Shown here: piece by piece, positions 53,412 to 64,000 of the stretch
Position numbering within the stretch: the first letter of the stretch is position 1
Layout of the letters: every line of letters begins with the position of its first letter
NCBI RefSeq assembly: GCF_001194135.2
Contig: NC_068983.1
Location: 54,929,467-54,993,466, forward strand
Reading direction: 5' to 3'
From: Octopus bimaculoides
Taxonomy: Eukaryota
Length of the DNA stretch: 64,000 nt
The notes under the pieces: generated by a model
The model's database searches: none
What the model saw: only the letters and a program-made list of their open reading frames with translations
Told to the model about the DNA's origin: nothing
Position numbers and translations under genes: made by a program

Positions 53412-54301
53412 CGTGGCCAGATCAATAAGTATCTGGACTGTTGCCATAGTAACAAAACTAAAGCATGCAGAGTGAGGCTGCTTATCATAGACTGACCTTG
53501 AACTCTGCTGTGTATGTGCACTAAGTTTTAACATTCTAGCTCACTTCTGCTGTTTACAGCAGCGCTTGGAAAGAAGGTGTGTAGTATGTGATCAATGCAT
53601 TGGCCATGACAGAGAAAGTTGAGCAGACAATCTGCTTCAAATTTTATCAAAAACTTGGTGATACCTGCTCAGAGGCCTACACAAAGTTTAAAAAAAAAGT
53701 TTTCATCATTCTTGACAAAATCAAGGAGATCTTGTGCAAGTGAAACCTGAGTGTCTTTTTGGTCATCTGAAAGCAGTTTTGGCACAAACTTGGCAGACAT
53801 GCGTCTCATACCCAAACCTTCAGTGATAATGGACTGAACCATAACTAATCTGAACATCATCTAATAATGCATGGCTGGTGGTTCAACAATTTCCTCTCAC
53901 AGATGCATGCACATCTGTGCTGTTTTTCTCAGTTCTGTTGGTTATGGGTCTCCCAGAACATTTTTTAATATCAACATTTTTTCAGCCATCTTGGAAACGT
54001 CAACCACTCGTACACTTGTGTGTGACTCATAAACTCCTCTCTATACACTTTCTGCAACTTTGCGTTGGCCTCTGCGCAGGTATTGCCATGACAACTTTGT
54101 CTGTCATGCTCAATGCAACAATCACATGCTACACATCTTCCTTCCAAGTACTGCTGTAAACAGCGGAAGTGAGCTAGAATGTTAAATCTTAGTGCACTTG
54201 CACAGCAGTGTTCACGGTCAGTCTGTGCCAAGTGGCTTCACTCTGCATGCTTTAGCTTCGTTACTATGGCAACAGTCTGGACACTTATTGATCAGACTTT
54301 G
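53412..54301. mobile_element. mariner-family relic made of two 5' ends in inverted orientation, TA-flanked
   Basis: The left arm (+) starts TA|CGTGGCCAGATCAATAAGT and encodes MTEKVEQTICFKFYQKLGDTCSEAYTK. The right arm (-) starts at 54301 and continues to VQSIITEGLGMRRMSAKFVPKLLSDDQK, a mariner linker motif. Confidence 0.85.
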
Positions 54302-54849
54302 TATTTATTTATATGTGTCTTTGTATTTGGTCACCCACCCATCACTTGACAACCAGCGTTGGTTTGTTTACATTCCTGTAATTTAGCAGTTTGGCAAAAC
54401 AAACTGACAGAATAAGCATCAGGATTTGTTCAGCTACAACTTTTCAAGGCAATACTCCAGCATGGCCACAGTCCAATGACTGAAACAAATAAAGAAGATA
54501 GTTTCTTGTGATATATTAGCTAAATATTTAGGTTGTTTCCTGCATGTTGTAAGTTTTCCTGAATTACTTCGTTAACGCTTCTAATTCTTTTGTGATTGGT
54601 AATTTTGAACCAATGTTCTTTCTTTCATTCTGTGCAATGTTGGTTTGTTTTTCATTTTTAAAAAATTTTTATGACATGTTATCATCTGTGTTTGATTTGC
54701 ATACTTTGTTCTCTTGTTGATATTTTACTTGAGTTGATTGGTTCATTAACTGCATTGTTATTTTCTCATGTGTTAATGATTAGTCTGTGTGTGCATATAT
54801 ATATATGTGCATGTGTTTGCTGGGCTCAAATCTCATTTGTGAACCCATC

Positions 54850-55128
54850 CATGGAAAACGAATATCCCCCCAACTATTCTGCCTATATATCTGTGCTTAT
54901 CGTTGAATGCAAAGTATACCAGAAGGTTTGCAAATCTAATGGAGGCCTCAAAAAACATTTTAAGATCCACAAAAATCAGAACTTATCTGCAGCTCTTCGT
55001 GGTCCAAATCAAATATGCAATTTTTGTGGGTATCTTTACAGAACATCGGCTGGTTTAAAAAGCCACATCAGATGCCATGATGGTTCTAAGGTGTAGGTGT
55101 TCAAACTCTGCATAAGGAGTAGACAACC

Positions 55129-55135
<7 letters not shown>
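54850..55135 (+). mobile_element. Two C2H2-like fingers followed by a short UTR and a (TA)n tail; probable LINE 3' end
   Basis: Reads CKVYQKVCKSNGGLKKHFKIH and CNFCGYLYRTSAGLKSHIRCH, stop at 55094-55096, then ~35 nt and (TA)n. It lacks TGEKP linkers. Confidence 0.55.
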
Positions 55136-55161
<26 letters not shown>

Positions 55162-55591
55162 CACCATCATCATCATCATCATCATCATCATCATTTAATG
55201 TCTGCTTTCCATGCTAGCATGGGTTGGAGGATTTGACTGGGGACTGGCAAACTAGATGGCTACACCAGACTCCAATCTGATCTGGCAGAGTTTCTACAGC
55301 TGGATGCCCTTCCTAACGCCAACCACTCCGATAGTGTAGTGGGTGCTTTTTACATGCCACCTGCACAGGAGTCGGCAATGTTTTGTTCACATGCCACGGG
55401 CACAAGTGCCAGTAAGGCAAAGCTGGAAACGATTGCTCAAATGGTGCTTTTTACGTGCCTCCGACACGGGAGCATATGTGTATATATAAAAATTTAAATA
55501 GGATAAAATCTTTATAAGAATTCATCAAGTAGTCAGCGTGAAAAACCTCATAAGGGAAAAATTTATAATTATTCCCTTTAAATATATTTAT

Positions 55592-55741
55592 TTATATTAA
55601 GGGCATTACTATACATAAGTGCCTCATGCTACGAGGGACTCTTAAAGTCAAAGCTACCATAATAAATTTATTATGGTAGCTTTGACTTTAAGAGTCCCTA
55701 ATAGCATGAGACATTTATGTGTAGTAATACCCTTAATGTAA
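55592..55741. repeat. 150-bp palindrome with no loop (inner 32 bp of each arm perfect)
   Basis: 55635-55666 is the exact reverse complement of 55667-55698. The outer 43 bp pair with several mismatches. Confidence 0.9.
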
Positions 55742-56061
55742 ATATATATATATGAGAGAGAGAGAGTGAGATGTGCATGACTATGTATGTATGTATGCAT
55801 GTTTGTATGTATGTTTGTATGTAAGATGGGATGCTTTTAGGGCCTTGTTTTTGCTTAAATGGACAGNNNNNNNNNNATATATATATGTGTGTGTGTGTGT
55901 GTGTTTGTGTGTGTGTGTATGTATGCATGTATGTAAATATATATATATGAGAGAGAGAGAGTGAGATGTGCATGACTATGTATGTATGTATGCATGTTTG
56001 TATGTATGTTTGTATGTAAGATGGGATGCTTTTAGGGCCTTGTTTTTGCTTAAATGGACAG

Positions 56062-56635
56062 ATCTTCTTCAGCACAGTAAATTACCAATAGTGCTGGTTC
56101 CTTATCATCTCCTCTGTGAGGCTCAGCCCCCATAAATCATTTTTCACTGTGTCCCATGTCTACCACAGGTTCCACCCACATTTTGCAACTAGCACTTCTT
56201 TACGTAGTTGTCCTCTTCCATACTTATCACATCACCAAACCAATGTAGTCTTCTCTTTCCATTGTGGCCCACTTTTTCTCTCAACACATTTGTACTTTCA
56301 GTTCTATATTTACATACCTGGACCCTGGCATTGCACATCCAGCAGAGCATGCTAGCTTCCTTTCTTTCAAGCCTTCGCATGTCTTCTCCATTCACAGTCC
56401 ATGTTCCACAACCATGTAACATCGCCGTTCATACACAAGCATCATACAAGCTGCCTTTCACTCTGAGAGAAAGGTCTTTTGTTACCAAAAGAAGCAATGT
56501 AATAATTCTCTGAACTTTCGCCAGATGATTCTTATTCTAGCAGCTATACTTTCAGAGCTTCCTCCGATGCTAATTAGGTTGCCTCGGTAACAGAATCTAT
56601 CTACTACATCTAATGATTCTCCTGAGTATTCGAGA
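56062..56635 (-). mobile_element. RTE-LINE C-terminal fragment (degenerate)
   Basis: Minus strand reads LVTKDLSLRVKGSLYDACV*TAMLHGCGTWTVNGEDMRRLERKEASMLCWMCN...LREK...RRLHWFGDVISMEEDNYVKKC. Confidence 0.85.
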
Positions 56636-57044
56636 AAATCTATTTCCTGTGTTCTTAGTATTTATTGTTCCTGCACATCAGCCCCTCCCCCCACAAATAT
56701 GTGTGAGTGTATATATATCATCATCATCGTTTAATGTCTGCTTTCCATGCTAGCATGGTTGGACGATTTGACTGAGGACTGGTGAAACCGGATGGCAACA
56801 CCAGGCTCCAATCTAATTTGGCAGAGTTTCTACAGNNNNNNNNNNCTCCAATCTAATTTGGCAGAGTTTCTACAGCTGGATGCCCTTCCTAACGCCAACC
56901 ACTCAGAGAGTGTAGTGGGTGCTTTTACGTGTCACCCGCACGAAGGCCAGTCAAGCGGTACTGGCAACGGCCACGGCCACGCTCAAAATGGTGTCTTTTA
57001 TGTGTATATATATACACGTATGTATATGTAAGTATATATATGTG

Positions 57045-57080
<36 letters not shown>

Positions 57081-60000
57081 NNNNNNNNNNTATATATATA
57101 TATATATATATATATACATACATACATGTGTGTGTGTATACACACTGACACATACATGATGATGACACAATCACACGTATGTCTGTATATGTATATATTA
57201 TGGTTGGATCACCTTGTCAATCAATTGTATACTATTTTCTGTGTCATTTGTTCCATTGCTTATATGTTGCAGAGGTGTATTAGTTATATATGACTACACC
57301 TCAGTGAATGTCTTCTTTTAAGTATAAGCTGCTTTATTTCTCTAAGTCTTTTATTTCTACTTTTCTCTCAACTGATGGCTGCTTGTCTCCTCTTTGAATT
57401 GATGTTTGATTTTTAATAATAAAGTGGTTTCATCTTCTTTGTATTAAAAGAATAAAATCTAACTCTACTTTGATATTCTTCTACTCGACACAATTCACTT
57501 AAATATGTTAAAACTCTTTTTACCGTTTCTTCTACCTCATCAAAAATATTGTTCATTTTACAGCTGTTTTTCAATGCTTGCATGGTTGGGTGAGTACATC
57601 ACTATGTTACATGAGGCATTGCCTTACAAATGGATGCCCTTCCTGACACTAACTTGCCTGCTTTACATGTAAGGGATCACTTCTACATGGCCTGTACATG
57701 GCTTTGAGGACATGATTCACCGGGTCAATTTTATTTTTTTTTTAGCACCTGGCATAAAGCCACCCACCTGCACCTTCTCCTTTCAAATAATCCCCATTTT
57801 AGTGGTATAAGCTTTTTCATGTTTTCCCTGTTTTTTTTTTTCTTACTGCCAGACTGGCCCTCTGCCGGTGGCACGTAAAATGCACCCACTACACTCTTGG
57901 AGTGGTTGGCGTTAGGAAGGGCATCCAGCTGTAGAAACTCTGCCAGATCAGATTGGAGTCTGGTGTAGCCATCTGGATCACCAGTCCCCAGTCAAATCGT
58001 CCTACCCATGCTAGCATGGAAAGCGGACGTTAAATGATGATGATGATGGTTTATGTCTTGCAAGTTTACACAGCAGACTCTATAGTGCTGGTGGTATAAA
58101 AAATACATCCAGTGCAATCTGTAAATTGATTGGTGTTAGGACAGGCATCCAGCCATAGAAACCAAGCCAAAGGTGACACTAGCATTCAGTGCAGCCCTGC
58201 AACTTTCAGGTTCCCTGCCATACTGTTGAACCCATTCCAGCATGGAAAGCAGATGGTTAATCATAATGATGATGAGAAACTGACAATGACACTTTCAAAA
58301 TGATTGCAGATGTCTTTTTGGTATTTTATTGAAATAAATGAAAAAAACATCAAACAACTTTTAATGTTTCACCCTTCTGATACTGATCTGTCTGGGATTG
58401 TTCCTGGTTTTGTGATGCAAACAGCCTGTTTAAAGTGATTGATCTAAATTAAATTCTTCATTAGTTTCGAAATCAATTAAAAAGGAAGGTCGTGTAGATC
58501 ATTAGAAATTATTTCTTTATTGCCCATGGGGAGCTGAACATAGAGGGAACAAACAAGGATAGACAAAGGGAATAAGTCGATTACATCGACCCCAGTGCGT
58601 AACTGGTATTTATTTAATTGACCCCGAAAGGATGAAAGGCAAAGTCAACCTCGGCAGAATTTGAACTTAGAACGTAGCGGCAGACGAAATATCGCTAAGC
58701 ATTTCACCCAGTGTCTTAACAATTCTACCAGCTTGCCGCTCTAATTAGAAATATGGTAGCAAAAGAATTAATTATGCTCCTTGATGTTGTGAATTCAAAT
58801 CCAATCATGGTTGACTATACTTTCATCAACAGCCCTTTGAATTTACTGTTTCAAGTCCTAGGAATTGCTATTAGCAGGGTTTCCATGGTGGTCAAAATCA
58901 CAACGTTCCCTTTGAGCCAGTTCATTATATGGTTGCTCATTTACAGCTGAGTGGACTGGGCCAATATGAAATGAAATGTTTTACTCCAGAACACATCACA
59001 TCACCCTGTCCAGGAATCAAAACCACAATCTTGCAATCATGACTGCAACACCCTAACCATGAGGCCTCTTGCATTCAACTTGGTCTATACTTTGACTATG
59101 CTTTGGTTTGCAATCATCATCATCATTTAATATCCGTCTTTCATGCTGTCGTGAAAGTTTGACAGGAACTGGTAAGGCCAGGAACCACACTTGGCTCTGG
59201 TCTCTGTTTTGATATCATTTCTACAGCTAAATGTCTTTCTTAACACCGACCATCTTACAAAGGGTACTGGGTGCTTTTTATGTCATCAACACTGATGTGG
59301 TCACCAAGCAACTTGCAAGGCAAAGCTCCTTTGCTGCTAGTGGAGAGTGAGGAGTGGGTTTGTGCCAGTTGGGACATTAAAGATATAGATGGACAAGAAT
59401 AGGTGTCTTGCTGCAGAGGGGATACATGGATACCCCTGTTGGAAGAGAAAGAGGAGCGAGCTAGTGAGGGAGATAAAGAGAACAGCAGCGAGAGAGAGGG
59501 TGGTGAAGGGGTGTCGAGACTTGCCCCCAAGGGACATCTGTGGTGGTGAGACTAAGTGAGGTGATACAGAGATTTCGACTGGGTGTATGGGCAGGGATGA
59601 GGTGACTGTTGCAAATGATGGAGTGACATATAGGAGAGGCTTGTGGGTATGAGCTGCAGTCGATATGTGACAGCATTGAGGGTGGAGGCAGATAAGTGGG
59701 GTGTTGATAAATACAAATCACATTCTGGGGTTGAATTAATCAATTGTGGTTTTGTGTAAGCATTAGAAACTCTTACTGTTATAATTACTGATAAGGTCTG
59801 TAGCAGTAGCTTTGAAGTTTACGTCTGAGTAACAGTTATTTCTAGATTAATAAGTTGTTTTATTGAACTGAACTGTAAACGTACTGCCATATTGAAGCTT
59901 GATTGCTTTTGTGACAAATACTGAAAGGATTATTATTATCTTGCAAATTAAGTTTGTGATTGGGTTTTCGTCTGGCAATTAGTTACAGTCACATACGTCA

Positions 60001-60936
60001 TTACTGTTTTACTTTTTGCTGACCATTAATGACATTAACGAAGTGTTTTCAAATGGTAATTAAATCTAGATAACCGAAACTGTCCATCAAAAACTTGATG
60101 CTGCATTACATGTCTGCCGTCCACTGAAGTATTTTTGAGCCATTCAGGAAGCCTGTATGTGATTGCTTGCCTTGCTAGAAGTAGCAGCCAGTTTCACTCT
60201 TTTCATGCCCTATTGTCCTAAAGAAATGGATGGACACATTTGGATATTAAATTTGTCCAAGGATACACTGAATGTGTTCAAGGACATATTGGATATTAGA
60301 ATTATCCAAAGACATTGGATATAACCAAGGACATACTGAATATTAAAATTATTCAAGGGCAATTGGATAAGTCGAAAGATATTAGAAGTATTCAAAGACA
60401 CTTTGAATATGTTTAGGCTCTTGTGCAGGTGGCACATAAAATACACCATTTTGAGCGTGGCCGTTGCCAGTACCGCCTGACTGGCCTTCGTGTGAGTGAT
60501 ATGTAAAAGCACCCACTACACTCTCTGAGTGGTTGGCGTTAGGAAGGGCATCCAGCTGTAGAAACTCTGCCAAATCAGATTGGAGCCTGGTGTTGCCATC
60601 CGGTTTCACCAGTCCTCAGTCAAATCGTCCAACCCATGCTAGCATGGAAAGCGGACGTTAAACGATGATGATGATGATAGTGGCTACTCCCAGGGACACA
60701 TAGGATGTTAGTGCTAGATTCCTTTGAAAAGAGTAAATGGAAAGAAGGACCTCAAGTTTGTTCAGTTATCACGTTGACCTGTGGCTATGCAATAACAATT
60801 AGGGCATTTTTTGTTCAAATGTTATTTGGACAACAAAAGGTTAATCCATGGCTTTCTCTGTTATTGCTTGTTTTAGTGTGAAATATGTTCAGTCAGTCTT
60901 ACTTGTTTTCTTGTTTCTCCTTTGCTACTGGTGTAG

Positions 60937-61003
60937 GTTGTCAAGAGAACCAAGATATCCAATTAATATTGGCATCACTGGGCATGTAGCAACAACCGGA
61001 GAT
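60937..61003 (+). CDS. PDE11: Internal coding exon (phase 2-0, 67 nt) of the same PDE, GAF-B core motif
   Basis: Acceptor ttgtttctcctttgctactggtgtag, donor GAT|gtaagt at 61004. Translates (E)LSREPRYPINIGITGHVATTGD, the RFPINIGITGHVATTGE motif of GAF-domain PDEs. I did not find the flanking exons inside the window. Confidence 0.92.
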
Positions 61004-61766
61004 GTAAGTATTTAATACAATTATTTTTTGCTTTTCTTTATTATGTCTTTCTTTTTTTTTTGTCTTTTTGTTAGAGTAAGTTGTCTGGAAGATTGGTAAT
61101 TATAACAAATTTAGCATTTAAATGCTAAATTACATTTCCGTATATTATGAGTGTAATGCAATTTGTTTTCATTAAAATGACTTTTTCTTCTTGCAAATAT
61201 ATATCAGATTATATTATAGAGCAATTTGTGCATTGATTAACGCTAACAATTAATGAATTTAATTTGGTCCATATAGAATTTTACTGTTTTTCTTAATGAA
61301 GTGGAAAGCTGTCTGTGAAGGCTAAATTAAAATAGAGAAAAATCACTCTGTAGTACTATAATATCTTCTGGCGTTTGTCTAGCTTCAGTTGTGAAGGAAA
61401 ATACTTTGGTATTATCTCCATCATTGGAAAAAAAAAACAAAAAAAAGAAACAAAACAAAATTAAAAAGAAAACAAAAAAAGAGACATGGACATGTGGTTA
61501 AGAAATTTGCTTTGCAATTACTCGTTTTTAAGTTCAGTCCCACAGTGCTGTACCTTGGGCAAGTGTCTTCTACTAAAATTTCAGGTCATCCAATGCCTTG
61601 TTAGTGCATTTGGTAGATGGCTGTTGAAAGAAGCCCATTTTATGTGCATGCCAGGGTGTGTGTGCCTGCGTGCATGCTCCACCATCACTGGATAACTGGT
61701 GTCAGTTTGTTTACATCCCTGTTACTTAGCAGTTTGACAAAGGAGACCAATAGAATAGATGCCAGA

Positions 61767-61988
61767 TGGCGAGCTGGCAGAAACTTTAGCATGCCGGGCA
61801 AAATGCTTAGCGGTATTTCATCTGCCGTTACATTCTGAATTCAAATTCCGCCGAGGTTGACTTTGCCTTTCATCCTTTCAGGGTCAATAAATTAAGTACC
61901 AGTTACGTACTGGAGTCGATGTAATTGACTTAATCCCTTTGTCTGTCCTTGTTTGTCCCCTCTATGTTTAGCCCCTTGTGGGCAATAA
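61767..61988 (+). mobile_element. SINE family A nested inside a family B SINE, 15-bp TSD
   Basis: AGAATAGATGCCAGA occurs at 61752-61766 and 61989-62003. Confidence 0.88.
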
Positions 61989-62394
61989 AGAATAGATGCC
62001 AGACTTAAAAATAGTAATAGAGTCAATTTGTTTGACTCTATCCATGAAGGCTGTGCCCCAGCATAGCCACAGTCCAACGAGTGAAACAAGTCACAGATAA
62101 GATATAGATTATGTTTGTTTCTCTAAGTTATTAAACTACTGCCCACTAACCCTTTTGGTGCCAACTAACCTGAGACAAGCCTTAGTTCTATGCTGCAAAC
62201 TTACATTAAAGTGATCTAAATTAATACTTTCCATCGAAATTTCAAATGAATTTATATAATTAGTTTCAAACCTGTTTAATAGGACAGTTGTTTTGCTAAA
62301 TTCTTTTTTTAATTTCCCGAATAACTGGAAACAAAAATATACATAATGGGATACCCATATACAAATGGTTCTCGAAATAATGAAATTAAATAAT

Positions 62395-63066
62395 ACCCGT
62401 CAGAGTGTAAGTATCTTGAGAGAAAAGCTGAACATTAGAAGCATCAGTTGTGGCGTGCAAGAGAGACGATTGCGCTGGTATGGACATGTGGTGAGAATGG
62501 AGGAGGATAGCTGCGTGAAAAAGTGCCACACCCTAACAGTTGAGGGAACCCGTGGAAGAGGTAGGCCCAGGAAGACCTGGGCTGAGGTGGTGAGGCAAGA
62601 CCTTCGTACATTGGGCCTCACCGAGGCGATGACTACGGACCGAGACCTTTGGAAATGGGCTGTGCGTGAGAAGACCCGGCAAGCCAAGTAAGATCGTTGC
62701 CAGTGCCCCTGGACTGGTTCTTGTGCGGGTGGCACATGAGATGCACCATTTTGAGCGTGGCCGTTGCCAGTACCGCCTGACTGGCTCCTGTAGGATTTTC
62801 GAGCGAGATCGTTGCCAGNNNNNNNNNNNNNNNNNNNNNNNNNNNNNNNNNNNNNNNNNNNNNNNNNNNNNNNNNNNNNNNNNNNNNAAAAGCACCCACT
62901 ACACTCTCTGAGTGGTTGGCGTTAGGAAGGGCATCCAGCTGTAGAAACTCTGCCAAATCAGACTGGAGCCTGGTGTTGCCATCCGGTTTCACCAGTCCTC
63001 AGTCAAATCGTCCAACCCATGCTAGCATGGAAAGCGGACGTTAAACGATGATGATGATGATGATGA
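62395..63066 (+). mobile_element. 5'-truncated RTE-type LINE with an uninterrupted C-terminal ORF, 3' UTR and (GAT)n tail
   Basis: Reads RQSVSILREKLNIRSISCGVQERRLRWYGHVVRMEEDSCVKKCHTLTVEGTRGRGRPRKTWAEVVRQDLRTLGLTEAMTTDRDLWKWAVREKTRQAK* (stop 62689-62691) and continues directly into the family C sequence. Contains a small N gap. Confidence 0.9.
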
Positions 63067-63818
63067 AACAAGTTTTCTGGAAAAGAAAAAAAAAATAGAG
63101 AGAGAGAGAGATTAAACTCCATTTTATGTGAGCTGAAGTTTGATCAACAGAATGCAAGCAGACTATGCATGAGGATAAACTGGGAGCCTATACATCTGGA
63201 GATTAAATATTTTCAATAATTTCCACAACTGTAAAAAGTCTAGGCCTTGCTTGTTTACCTGGCTAAGTGCTGAATTCATCACACCCTCATCTCATTACAA
63301 AAATCTTTTCTTTTTTTAATGATTGAAAATAAGTAAACAACAGCTATGGAGGAAGACACCATTAACAGTGAGTCATAAACACACATGACTACAAAGATGC
63401 AATGTGATTGGTTGTCTATTTTTAGAATTTTATCTTTTTTTTTTAAGTATGTTGTTCATTACTGTTTTAATGAGAGTTCAGTAGAGATTGCTTTTCAGCT
63501 CTTCTCTCTATGCTAGAAATGTAGCAGTGGTAGGGTTAATGAACAGGGCTCTGGAACAAGTTTATGTACCTATGTTGAGACTCCCCTGTAGTTCATCTTC
63601 CTTTTCTTTTTTTTTTCTTTTACTTGTTTCAGTCATTAGACTGCAGCCATGCTGGGGCATCGCCTTGAAGAAATTTTAGTCGAATGAATTGACCTTGGTA
63701 CTCTTTTTTTTTTTAAATCTTGGTACTTGAGGTCTCTTTTGTTGAACTGTTAAGTTATTGGATGTAAACACACTAATACCAGTAGTCAAGCACTGGTCAC
63801 ACACACACACACACTATT

Positions 63819-63895
<77 letters not shown>

Positions 63896-64000
63896 CATGA
63901 CAGGCTTCTTTCAGTTTTCGTCTACCAAATCCACTGACAAGCCTTTGGTTAGCCCAAGGCTATAGCAGAAGACACTTGCCCAAGGTGCCACACTATGTGA

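Noticed and set aside
55737-56061. Direct duplication of ~130 bp (55737-55866 and 55932-56061)
   Set aside because: The copies are identical and lie either side of a 10-N gap, typical of unmerged contig overlap. The same pattern occurs at 56806-56875.
50647-61003. A circle of the 62-nt and 67-nt exons (129 nt) would be an endless open frame
   Set aside because: That frame has no ATG and there is no evidence of back-splicing. It follows trivially from the exon phases.

Overview
AT-rich, microsatellite-dense animal genomic DNA with many N gaps. The repeat content looks like a coleoid cephalopod, most likely an Octopus draft assembly (inference). The only host gene I can support is a + strand GAF-domain cyclic-nucleotide phosphodiesterase of the invertebrate PDE11 type. 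Three phase-compatible exons (5757-5894, 50647-50708, 60937-61003) encode part of GAF-B: VLLDLARVIFEDQHTVANLIHKIMMHTLALLKCEVCQVMLVQDCSK-GIFSDVFELHATDVDKNNQEE-LSREPRYPINIGITGHVATTGD. They are separated by 44.8-kb and 10.2-kb introns. Most of the rest is intronic mobile DNA: several tRNA-headed SINE families, RTE-type LINE fragments, R4/Dong-like LINE fragments, mariner/Tc1 relics, piggyBac- and hAT-type MITEs, and simple repeats. The most unusual structures carry hammerhead-ribozyme-like motifs. One is a TSD-flanked foldback element at 42.4-42.9 kb that combines a tRNA-like Pol III head with Penelope-like hammerhead arms. The other is a 312-bp tandem repeat at 7.3-7.9 kb with a degenerate type I hammerhead in each unit. 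Most ORFs in the supplied track are microsatellite, gap or repeat artefacts.
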